DNA of 64,000 bases, taken from assembly GCA_976226885.1 (NCBI GenBank), contig OZ320319.1, positions 59,582,001-59,646,000 on the forward strand, read 5' to 3'. This stretch comes from Iphione sp. A-MEVVRFRX5 (lineage: Eukaryota). The position numbers and the translations under genes are program-made. Of the stretch, positions 41,601 through 53,600 are shown piece after piece; within the stretch, counting starts at the first letter, position 1, and each line of letters starts with the position of its first letter. The notes under the pieces were generated by a model. That model had not been told where the DNA came from, did no database searches, and saw only the letters and a list, made by a program, of their open reading frames with translations.

Positions 41601-44600
41601 CTGACCGGTCAAAGAGCAAATTTTAACTCAAAGAAAACTGTCATGATAATGAAATCAGGCTAAAAATAAAGAACTACTAGAATAAAACTCTTAAGACGCT
41701 GAACCACAGAACATTCAATCATCACCGAAAATGGGGGAAATCTGCTCCTTTCAAAGAAAACCTAGGAACTTCTATGTGAAACTGTCACATAAGACCCAAT
41801 ACCATACGAACTTCTGACAACACAACATGCTACATGAACAGGATAAACAAACATAGCAACAGAGACTCTTAATGAAGCGTTGTAACAATGTCACTTTTCT
41901 TTAGCATTACATTAAAGTCTAACCTGAAACTGTGATAGTTTCACCATCATCCACAATGGCTTCTTGAACTTGCACCAACTTTGGCGCCTCTCCTTTCTTC
42001 TCATCAGATGATTTTTCTAATGATGATTCCTTATTAGAGGACTCCTCTGAAGAAGTCTCCTAACTACATGATAGAATAGCCTTCTTTAATGTTTTGTCTT
42101 CAGCCTTTCTTTTTTAGATTCCTTTTCACTAGATTTATGTATATCATCAGCTCTTACAATGAGTTACATCCTGAGTAATTGATGCTTGTTCTCCCTCTAT
42201 AGCTGTTATATGAACTCTATCAGTTTGAGTACATATACTTACTACCTCTGTAACTCTAACAGGATCCTCGTCTCCTTTCTCAGCCTTTGGTGAGTCCACA
42301 ATCATTACTTGCTCTTTCGTATTCTGTTTTAAAACTCTGTCCTGAACCAAATCTTCAGTGACAGTCCAACCTTCAATTTCTAATGTCTGAATGGTTTCAA
42401 TATGACCTCTTTCCTCTTCAACTACCTCTTTTGAGTTGTTAGATTCTGTAGTCTATCTGCAAGTTCTATCTGTTTAGTACCTCTAACAAAGATAGTTACA
42501 GCAAATTTGATGCTTCCATGTTTGTTTCGGTAACCACTCTGTAGTCACCATCATCTTCTACCTTTGTTTCCAATATAAATATATAGATATTATTTTTATC
42601 AAAGTGTGGATTAATATATTTGCTTTCCCAAAATGTCTGTATTCTTTGCCCTGTCTTAGGACAGGTTACACCTGGTGATGGAATTCCTACAATATGGTCA
42701 GAATAAGTATAAAATAATTACCTGTTATGTCATAAGAAAAGTAATGAACATGAAATACGAAAAGTAGTTTGAAAGAGTTCGAATTATATATTTGTCTGTA
42801 CTTGCCGTCCTTACAAGGTTCTTAACACTGCTCCTGTGATCCTAAATAAAGTAGATTAGTCCTCGCTACACTATTGTGGTTAATACTGATGTAACTCAAG
42901 CAAACATAAAGTAATTTAATTTAAACGCAAACTTTGACACCAATTAATTCAGTTAAAATTCAAATAAACTAACGTAAAATTAATCTGAAGGAATAAGGTC
43001 AACTGCCCTGAATTAAATCAATAATTATTGCATTGAAGTAAAATCTTTTCCTTAGGAGAAATATGATCTTGTACATCCGATGCCAAAACCTAACGACCTG
43101 GCAGGGATAAAGGGTTTTTCATATACATGTACTTCCATGAGGTATAGTGGAGTGTTAACCTAGGAAGAGAGTCAGATATCTTATAGCTGAATAAAGGATA
43201 AATTGATCGGCTAAAAACCAATTTAAGCTATGCATTAGTTGAATAAAGGAAAAGGAGAGTAATTTAAGATACTTCTTGGTTTAAGTCAGAATGAACTACT
43301 CTGGAAAAAGTCGGTTTCAGATACCTTTTGACCCAGTTTAAAAAACACGAAAAATGGGAATAGAATGAGAGGTAAAACCGAAGAGAGGAAGAGAGGAGTG
43401 GCAGAGGCAGAGGGACGGGGGGAAGAATGATGAGAGAGGAAGGAGGACGAAGCAGGATGAATTTCTTGGCTAAAAACCATTCCAGATATTTCTCGGTTGA
43501 ATAAAGAAGCCCTGATCAATAAAAAAAAAAATTCCAGATACTTCTTTATTTTACTAAGTTTAAACTACTCCAGCAAATTCCAATGTCACATATCTTTCGG
43601 CCTACTTTATGAAGCAGAAAGATGGGGCTAGGACAAGGGGTGGAGGCAATAAGAAGGGTAAGGATGGAAGGATTAAGGCGTAGGAGTGAAGGAGGAGAGG
43701 GAAGAGTACAAAATGGAGGAGGTGCATTTCTGAATGAATTTGTAGCAGTCTGTATTTTCATAAACAGGAGAATGCATCAGGTAGGGAAACCTTTGGCTCT
43801 CCCCTAAATTGCTCATAAGGAGATGTGTCAATATGAGTAACTTACTGTAATGTCCAGAAAATATAACCTGTTCTTGCCTAAACATGCCATAATTATCCCG
43901 TTTAGTAACGAGCGTTGTTGCTATTGTTTCATTACCTGTTATTACAGAAATCTTGACCAAATACTAATTCTCCATATTCTGTGGACTAAACCCTCGGTAA
44001 GGTATATGGGACTATCTTTAGGGTTCAGCGGTTGTTATACCACTTATCACTTCTAAATATGAGTATTGTTATCACGATCACCTTGACCACTGCAACATTT
44101 GATATCAAAAGAAATAATCTAAATGAGAAAATGAACAATAACAGAACTTAACACATACAAAAAAAAGAATAAAGACAACTCACTAAAGCATTGAGTCACG
44201 CCCAAGTCTCAAAACAGCAGTCTGAATCTAACCTGAAACTTTGCATGTCAACTTGATAGTTTCACCAACATCAACCACAATCGCTTCTGGAACTTGCACA
44301 AACTTAGGTGCCTCTCCTTTCTCCTCATCTGATGACTCTTCTGATGATGATTCTTCACTGGAAGATTCTTCTAATGAAGATCCTTCACTAGATGATAGAA
44401 TAGGCTTCTTTGCTGCTTTATCTTCAACTTTTTCTATCTTAGATTCTTTTCCTCCAGGTTTGAGTATATCATCAGCTTTTACAACCAGAGTTACATCCTG
44501 AGTGGTAGATGCTTGTTCTGTCTCTACATTTGTCACATGTAGTGTATCAGTTTCAGTACTAACTACATCTGTGACTTTAAAAGAAACACCTTCTGCCTCA

Positions 44601-47600
44601 TCTTTTGTTGAGTCTATAATCATGACTGGCTCTTCTATTTTGTGTTCTAAAACTCTGTCTTGAGTTAAAGCTGTAGTAAAAGCCAAACTTTCAGTCACCA
44701 ATGTCTGAATGGTTTCAGCATCAGTTGTTTTCTCCTCAATTACCTTACTTGAACTCGTGGTCTCTGTGATCTTTTTCATATGTTCGGTCTCATCAGTATC
44801 TCTGACAACAACTGTGACTGTAAATTTGAAGCTTCCATATTTGTTCTCAGCAATCACTGTATAATCACCAGCATCCTCTGACTTTGCTTCTAATATGGCC
44901 AAGATATGTTTATTCTGCTTTTGGTCAAAGTGTAGATCAATGCCTTTGCTCTCCTTGGATGCCTGAATCCTTTGCCCAGTCTTATGCCAGGTAACACTTG
45001 GTGAAGGATTTCCTACAATACATGGTTATATGAATCATTCAAGAGATACATTCTTTTTACATATTTCCTGACAAGCAAACCGTGTTTGAAACATATAGAT
45101 CAAAATCCACGTATTTGAGTTATCTTCAATTAATATTTATCTGTACTATTATATATTTATACAAGAAAATCAGGATGACAAGAAGTTCTTAACAAAGTTA
45201 GGTTTTCAAGACGGTATAAAGGATCAGTTGTACAAAATCAATTCAGACTTGCTATCTATTTACTGCCATAAAACAGACAACTGATCCAAATGAAAGCAAG
45301 ATGTAACTCAAAAGAAACTCTCATATCCACAAAATTAGGTGACAACTACATGTGGCTGTTTGCTGAGCAGCTTTACCGCTGCATTCATGACGGCCTATGA
45401 ATATCTATCCTCTGGCCGCAGAATTAAACGCATACATGCAGTTATTACAGGCAATCATCAAGGGCCTTCTATAATATGCTGTGACAATTTGTCCACCTAA
45501 ATAACCATGGACAGTCATTTCTAACAGGCTGTGAGCACCTTCACATCAAGGTACTTTCTGAGGACCTTCTTCAACAGGGTGGGAGCACATTCCTTCCAAA
45601 GCAGCAACCAATAGTCATCTACATCTAAAGATGAAAAACTCCAGGCGCCAACAGGAATCAACACGGGAAATAATCAAAAGAGTATTGAAAAAAGGAAACC
45701 AATCACAGAAAAAGGATTGATACCAACAATCATGGCCTGCTGTATAAACTATTCCATGGCTTCTAATTTGCGCAGGCTTTCAGGAGGAAGCCAAGAAACA
45801 TAACTTCTGAAGTAAGAAACTTTATCGCACTTAACTGGATCAACAATCAATTAAAGTGAGTAAAAACGCTCTCTTAGAGAAACATATGATGAATGCCTAA
45901 TGTGAAACCTTAGAAGATGTGTCAATATCAAGATCGCATCTAGCAATTCAACATGCAACATAATGAGAAATATTGCAACAAACCCAATGAAATAATATAA
46001 ATCAAATCACAAAATAAGTGACACAAGTGCAACATAATATAATTCTGATCTAAGCCCAGTTCTCACTGGTAACAAATTTGAATCTAACCTGAAACTTCGC
46101 ATGTCAACTTGATAGTTTCACCAACATCAACCACAATGGCTTCTGGAACTTGAACAAACTTAGGTGCCTCTCCTTTGTCTTCATCAGATGACTCTTCTGA
46201 AGATGATTCTTCACTGGAAGATTCTTCTAAAGAAGATTCTTTACTAAAGGATAGAATAGGCTTCTTGACTGCTTTATCTTCAACTTTTTCTATCTTAGAT
46301 TCTTTTCCTCCAGGTTTGAGTATATCATCAGCTTTTACAACCAGAGTTACATCCTGAGTGGTAGATGCTTGTTCTGTCTCTACATTTGTCACATGTAGTG
46401 TATCAGTTTCAGTACTAACTACATCTGTGACTTTAAAAGAAACACCTTCTGCCTCATCTTTTGTTGAGTCTATAATCATGACTGGCTCTTCTATTTTGTG
46501 TTCTAAAACTCTGTCTTGAGTTAAAGCTGTAGTAAAAGCCAAACTTTCAGTCACCAATGTCTGAATGGTTTCAGCATCAGTTGCTTTCTCCTCAATTACC
46601 TTACTTGAACTCGTGGTCTCTGTGATCTTTTTCATATGTTCGGTCTCATCAGTATCTCTGACAACAACTGTGACTGTAAATTTGGGGCTTCCATATTTGT
46701 TCTTGGCAACCACTGTGTAATCGCCAGCATCCTTGAGGGTTGCCACCAGTATGATGAGACTATGTAAGTCTTGTTCGTTATCAAAGACTTGCTTTATACG
46801 CTTTGCATCTGTGGATGTTTTGATTTGTATTCCCTTTGTGTGCCAGGTGACAATAGGTGAAGGAATTCCTAAAATATATATCAATTATGAATTTTAAGAG
46901 AGCGATCCCTTTTATTTTCAACATATCTTTATATCAATATTACAGAAAATGCGTTGCCTAAATAGATACTCCTTTCCTTTATCTATTATTGTATGTATTC
47001 ATGTTTCATCTGATAAAAGTAAGTAACATTTACTAATGCACTTAAGGGCGTAAATTTAATCACTGAAAGAAAGACAATACTGGAATGAAATTAAAACATC
47101 AAATTCCAAGCAAACTGGTGATCAAGCAGGTGTTAATAACATTGATCAGAGAACTCCATACATTTATCGGACTCACTGAAGCAATACGCACTGAGCTACT
47201 GAAACCACTTGAACTGAAAACACCGTAAAGATCAACAACCACATTTATGGACACTATACCTATGAACACTGTCAGACAATAACATTTGATTGACACAGAC
47301 ATGACTATCAAGACATCACTAATGTTCCAATTAAGTCAAGGCACAAATTGAACTACTGCATCAAACAGATTTATGTAGAACAACGTGACCAAATAGAAAA
47401 TGAGCCATTCCAAAACAATCAAGTCCACAGAAAGCACAACTGCAAAATCTCCAGAAAGATCGACCAAACCTTTCACTTTGCAGGTAAGTGTAATAGTGCC
47501 TCCAACATCAACCACAGTAGGTTCTGGAGTCTGTGTAAATTTGGGCGGTTCTCCTTCCTCACTTTCGCTGGATGACTCCTCTTCACTGGAAGATTCGTCC

Positions 47601-50600
47601 TCACTGGATGATTCCTCAGAGGAAGATTTCTCACTCAATGGCCGAGTTTTTAGTTCCTTGCTATCCTCTTTAATTATAACTGTCTGTATTTCACTAACAT
47701 CTGTCTGATCTTCGGTTGTGATAGTCTTAACGTCTTGGATATCTGTGACAGCAAACCCTGAAGTTTCTTCCAACATCACTTCAGCAGCTGTGTGTTCAAC
47801 TTTATCTGGAACAATTGCAGTGAAACTAACTTCTTCTTTCCCTTCCTTTACCTCTGGTGCATCTTCAGAAACCTCCTTCACTGTCCGATCAACAACTTTC
47901 CCATCTACAAGAGTCTCCTCAATGACTTGAGTGGTACGTTTGCTTTCAACAGTCTTTGTTATTATCTCAGCACCCTCGGGCTTACCGACAAGGACAGTAA
48001 TGGTGTACTTGAATCTTCCAAATTTGTTCTCAGCAATAACTCTGTATTCTCCAGCATCATCCGTGGTAGCATCAAGTATAGTTAAGATATAAAGGTTCTG
48101 ACCTTGATCGTAGTGGGGAACCACACGCTTGTTATCCTTAGTTGCTTTAATTGGTTTATCAGATTTATACCAGGTAACTTCAGGGGAAGGCACACCTAAA
48201 ATGTCATTAATATGAAAAAATATTATTGCATCAATCTAAGCTCTTGCTTTTTGGTTCCATATTAGTTTAGGATAAAGATAATACTTGTACAATTATCTAC
48301 GAAAGGAATTTCATTTAATATACATATACATGAAAAAATGTACCAGCAGCGTCGGTCAAACGTGATAATACTGATGTCACACAGAAAACGAAGCATTCCG
48401 AAAAAAATAAATCCAAAACATATGCTATGAAAAATGAAGTAAAATCAAACTTCTCAAAAGCAAAACTTCTACAAAAAAAGGATCTAGACCTGGTACTACT
48501 GAAGAAATGAAGTAAAACGAATGAGCTACAAAAAAGACCAAAGATAGAATGTTCGACCTTGTTTGAAATATAAAGCCAAAACATATAAACCAACGTTGAG
48601 GCCATTCCATAAATCATGTTGCCAACCAATAACTGTAGAAATATCACACCTGTAACTTTGCAGGTTAGGGTTATTGTCTCCCCAATATCCACAAGAACTG
48701 GTTCTGGAGGCTGTGAAAACTTGGGGGGCTCTCCTGTTTCATCGTCGCTCTCCTCCACTGATGATGACTCTTCACTTGATGATTCTTCAGGAGATGAGGT
48801 AACAACCTTCTTCTTTTGGGTAACTTCAGCAACCTTTTTCTCAACCATATCTTCTTTCTGCACCGTAACATCTTTTGAAACTCCCCCAATTATCATGACA
48901 TCTTCAGGAGTTTCACTCACTTCGGAGAGAATGGTAAAAGTCACCTCGGAATCTGCTGTAACATCTTTGGGTTTGGTATATCTTTGCTCGACAGTTTCCT
49001 CAGTGGGTACATCATCCGAAACCTCTTCCTCAATAACTCTTTGAATAACATTCCCATCAACAACAACCTCCTCCACGACTTTCTTGGTTCTCTTGCTTTC
49101 CACAGTTTTCTTGATTAACTCTACTCCTTCAGGTTTACCGACCAAAACAGTTACTGTGAATTTGAAACTACCACAAGTATTCTCTGCAACAACTGTATAG
49201 TCAGCTGCATCGTCCGATGTTGCATCCAAGATTACTAGTATGTGAAGATTTTGTCGCTGGTCATAATGTGGTTTAATACGAGGTTCATCATCCTTGGCCA
49301 CTAATGGTGTCCCAGCTTTAAACCATGTCACCTTCGGGGTTGGTTCACCTAAATGGGCGGCATTATATTATGTGAAAAGGCTGATATTTATATTCATAAA
49401 TATAATCATTTGTTATTTGGATTTGGATTATTCAAATGATTTTTTGCCTTTATACAAAATATTACACTGCATAGGAAAAATATCCAATTATCCTCCGGGG
49501 TAATGATATAACAATTTATAAACGGAGGAGCATTTCTACTGATTGATACGAACATTTTTTTCGACATATCATGAGACACAGTAAGTGATGCAGCTTTAGC
49601 AATGAAAATAATAGAACACAACATAATCAGTGAGTGTTACAAATAACGGCAAAATTCTCACAGGGGGCTGAGAGTTGGCCCCTTTCTTCCTGGAATAAAA
49701 CATGATTAGCGTCTCATGCATGATATGAGCAGCGAAAAAGAAGAGAAAGAAACAAGATGTGTCTGAAATGAATACGGAATACAAAAGCCATTTCACATAT
49801 TGCTAAGAAGCAGGGGGTTTGAACATTGAAGTAAGGGTGACTCTCTCTTTGCCAACCTGTGACTTGGCAGGTCAGTTTGATGGTCTCGCCAACGTCTACC
49901 AGTACTGGTTCCGGAGGCTGGGTGAACTTTGGTGCCTGGCCTTCACTGCTCTCCTCCATTACAACAGTCGATTTCACATCCGGAGTGACCATACTGTCAG
50001 CAACTGTTACTTTTGTCACCTGGGCAGAATCTTCTTGTGATACATCAGTTTTCACTCTCACCACATCTGAGGCACTGCTTTCGGCAGTGACTGTCTTTGA
50101 GAAGGATTGTTCTGTTGCTTCTCCAATCTCTCCTGACTCACCAAGAGTTAATACAAATGCTGACTCAATATCTTCTTTGGCTTTACCAGATACAGCCTCA
50201 ATAATGGAGAGGCTTTCTGCAGTTTGCTGATCACCTACAGTCATCTGCATGTGAACATCAGCATCTGATTTACTAACTACAGCAGCCTCTTGTTCTTTCA
50301 TTGTTGTTTCAGTGGGCTCTTGTGTGGTCATGATAGTCTCTGAAGTGATGGCTTTTACAGTTTCGATATCACCAGTTATTACCTCTTTTTCTGTCACTGT
50401 TTCAGAAGTAGTACTTTCAGCAGTGACTGTCTTTGAGTAGGATTGTTCTGTTGCTTCTCCAATCTCTCCTGACTCACCAAGAGTTAATACAAATGCTGAC
50501 TCAATATCCTCTTTTGTTTTGCCAGATACAGGCTCAATAATTGAGAGGCTTTCTGTAGTTTGCTGATCACCTACAGTCATCTGCATTTGAACATTAGCAT

Positions 50601-53600
50601 CTGATTTACTAACTACAGCAGTCTCTGGTTCTTTCATTGTTGTTTCAGTGGGCTCTTGTGTGGTCATGACAGTCTCTGAAGTGATGGCTTTTACAGTTTC
50701 AATATCACCAGTTGTTACCTCTTTTTCTGTCACTGTTTCAGAAGTAGTACTTTCAGCAGTGACTGTCTTTGAGTAGGATTGTTCTGTTGCTTCTCCAACC
50801 TCTCCTGACTCACCAAGAGTTAATACAAATGCTGACTCAATATCCTCTTTCGTTTTGCCAGATACAGGCTCAATAATTGAGAGGCTTTCTGTAGTTTGCT
50901 GATCACCTACAGTCATCTGCATTTGAACATCAGCATCTGATTTACTAACTACAGCAGCCTCTGGTTCTTTCATTGTTGTTTCAATGGGCTCTTGTGTGGT
51001 CATGACAGTCTCTGAAGTGATGGCTTTTACAGTTTCAATATCACCAGCTGTTACCTCTTTTTCTGTCACTGTTTCAGAAGTAGTACTTTCAGCAGTGACT
51101 GTTTTTGAGTAGGATTGTTCTGTTGCTTCTCCAATTTCTCCTGACTCACCAAGAGTTATTACAAAAGCAGACTCAACATCTTCCTTTGACTTGGTGGTTT
51201 CAGCAACCAAGACAGTTGCTTCAGAAGGCTGATCCTCCACAGGTATCTGCATTTGGGTATCAGTGACTACTTCACTAGTGGCAACGGGGTGTTGTTTAAC
51301 AGTTGCTTCGGAAGGTTCTTGTGTCATGAACACAGTCTCTGTAGTGCTTGCAGTGCCACTTTCAACATCTGTTGTGGATTTTGTTATCTTTGCTGTCTCT
51401 GCATCCACTGAAGTGACACTCACAGTTTCATCCAGGGTGATGGCCCCGCTGATTTCTGTAGATTCCTCTGGAGACGTCTTCACGGTAATGACACTACCCT
51501 GATAGTCACTATTCCCAACATCTTCCGTAACTTCCTCTTTCACAGTAGTGCCTACAACCTTTCCATCAACCACCGTCTCCTCTATCACTTTGGTAGTACG
51601 TTTGCCTTGGATAGTCTTTGTTATAATCTCGGCGCCCTCAGGTTTACCCACAAGGACTGTCACAGTGAATTTGAATCTGCCATATTTGTTTTCAGCAACA
51701 ACTGCATAGTCTCCGGCATCTTCCTCAGTGGCATCAATAATGATGAAGATGTGCATGTCATCACTTTCATCATACTCAACCTTGATTCGATCCCCAGTTT
51801 CCATTAGAACATCCTGCCTGTACCATTTCACTTGGGGCTTTGGAAAACCTGGAGGGTCATTTTGGAGGAAAACCAAACGGACGTATCAACAATGCTACCT
51901 CTGGTACCTTTGCATTTGGTACCTACTAAAGTATGATATATGTGTATTGGATATGAACATATATATCATTTTCGAATGAGATAGAAGAATGGGATAGTCA
52001 CCAAACAGTGAAACAGTCGATGAATTTATGCTAGTAAACTAGATACCTGCTTTGGAAATGTTGATGTACAAAAAAAGAAAGTGATGCTACCAAAACTATA
52101 TTTCAAATTTAAATATACGAAATAAAGGATGAAATGATCACATGAGTCTACTCGTAACGTTTCTCAAAAGTATATAACGGAACAGAATTTCAGAAAGAAA
52201 ATTGATAGACGTGAATAGAAATGTAGAAAAACATAAAGTAGTAACACTTACCTTCCACTTTGCAAGTCAGTTTGATGGTCTCTCCAAAGTCAACCAGTAT
52301 GGGTTCAGGGGGTTGGGTGAATTTTGGCGGCTGACCTTCTTCTACCGGTTCTGCCTCAGTGGTAATCGTCATTGTAGCTGCTGCTGTGTCAGATACCTCA
52401 GTTTTTGAAGTGACAGATCCTACAGCTTGAACAGGTGCTGCCTCGGTGACCTTCATTTCCTCCACTACCATCTGTGGTTCGTCTTCGAAGACCTCTCTTG
52501 TGACAGTTCTTTCAACTTCACCATCTACAACTGTTTCCTCAACAACAGTGACAGTCCGCTTGCTTTCAGTGGTTTTCACAATTTCAGCACCTTCTGGCTT
52601 ACCAACAAGTACCGTTACAGAGAACCTGAAACTACCAAATTTGTTCTCTGCAACTACAGTGTACTTGCCGGCGTCTTCCGCTGTAGCATCCCGAATGATT
52701 AAAACATTGAGGTCTCGCTTCATGTCCCAGTGTATTTTAACTCTCTTGTCGCTGGGTTTGGGTTTCAGCTGGACGTCCTCCTTGAACCATGTCACCTCAG
52801 GCTCGGGGTCACCTTGAAAATGCAGTAATTCGTTATATATATACAAGACCCGTCTCATTCATGGGAAAGCTGTTCTATTCTATTCGTCGATAACAGTTAA
52901 GAGAAAATACATCGATAGCTTAATCTAGCTACTCGAAGCTAATTTGAAACATGTGTCTGATAAAAAGGAGTGAAAGACATTTGAAGATTATTTCTAGATT
53001 TTGAAAAATACCGGTGCCCTTTACCCGCCTAAGCGATTATGTGTTCGCGAGATAATGAAGAAGCAAGAGGGGACGCAAAAGTGAGCTTCCCTATAAATAT
53101 TCCACCTGCTAACGGCATTGTTTACCTGTGACTCGGCAGGTAAGTTCTATCGTCTCGCCAAAGTCGACTAACATGGCCTCTGGTGGTTGCTCGAACTTAG
53201 GAGCAGCTCCGGCTTCCTCCTGCACTTCAACCACCTGAACGGGCTGTTCCTCAGCCGGCTTCTTGGTAACCACTTTTGTCTCTGGCTTGTCCTCTGACGT
53301 TTCCTCTTTGACGACGCGCTCGACAACTTGGCCACCAACCACTGTTTCCTCCACGACAGTCACTTTGCTTTTCGTCTCGACCGTCTTGATCTCTGCTCCC
53401 TCAGGCTTACCGACAAGAACAGTCACTGTGAAGCGGAAACTTCCAAAGTCATTCTCTGCTACCACCGTGTACTCCCCTGCATCCTCGGCCTTGGCGTCTT
53501 TGATGATTAGGAGGTTAAGATCCTGCGCCATATCCCAGTCGATCTTTAAGCGAGGATTTCTCTTGGAAACCTTGAGTTTTGTGTCGCCCTTGTACCATGT

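Noticed and set aside
47099-47311. 70-aa hydrophobic minus-strand ORF in an intron
   Set aside because: Explained by U/G-rich intron composition; no Ig part or splice context.
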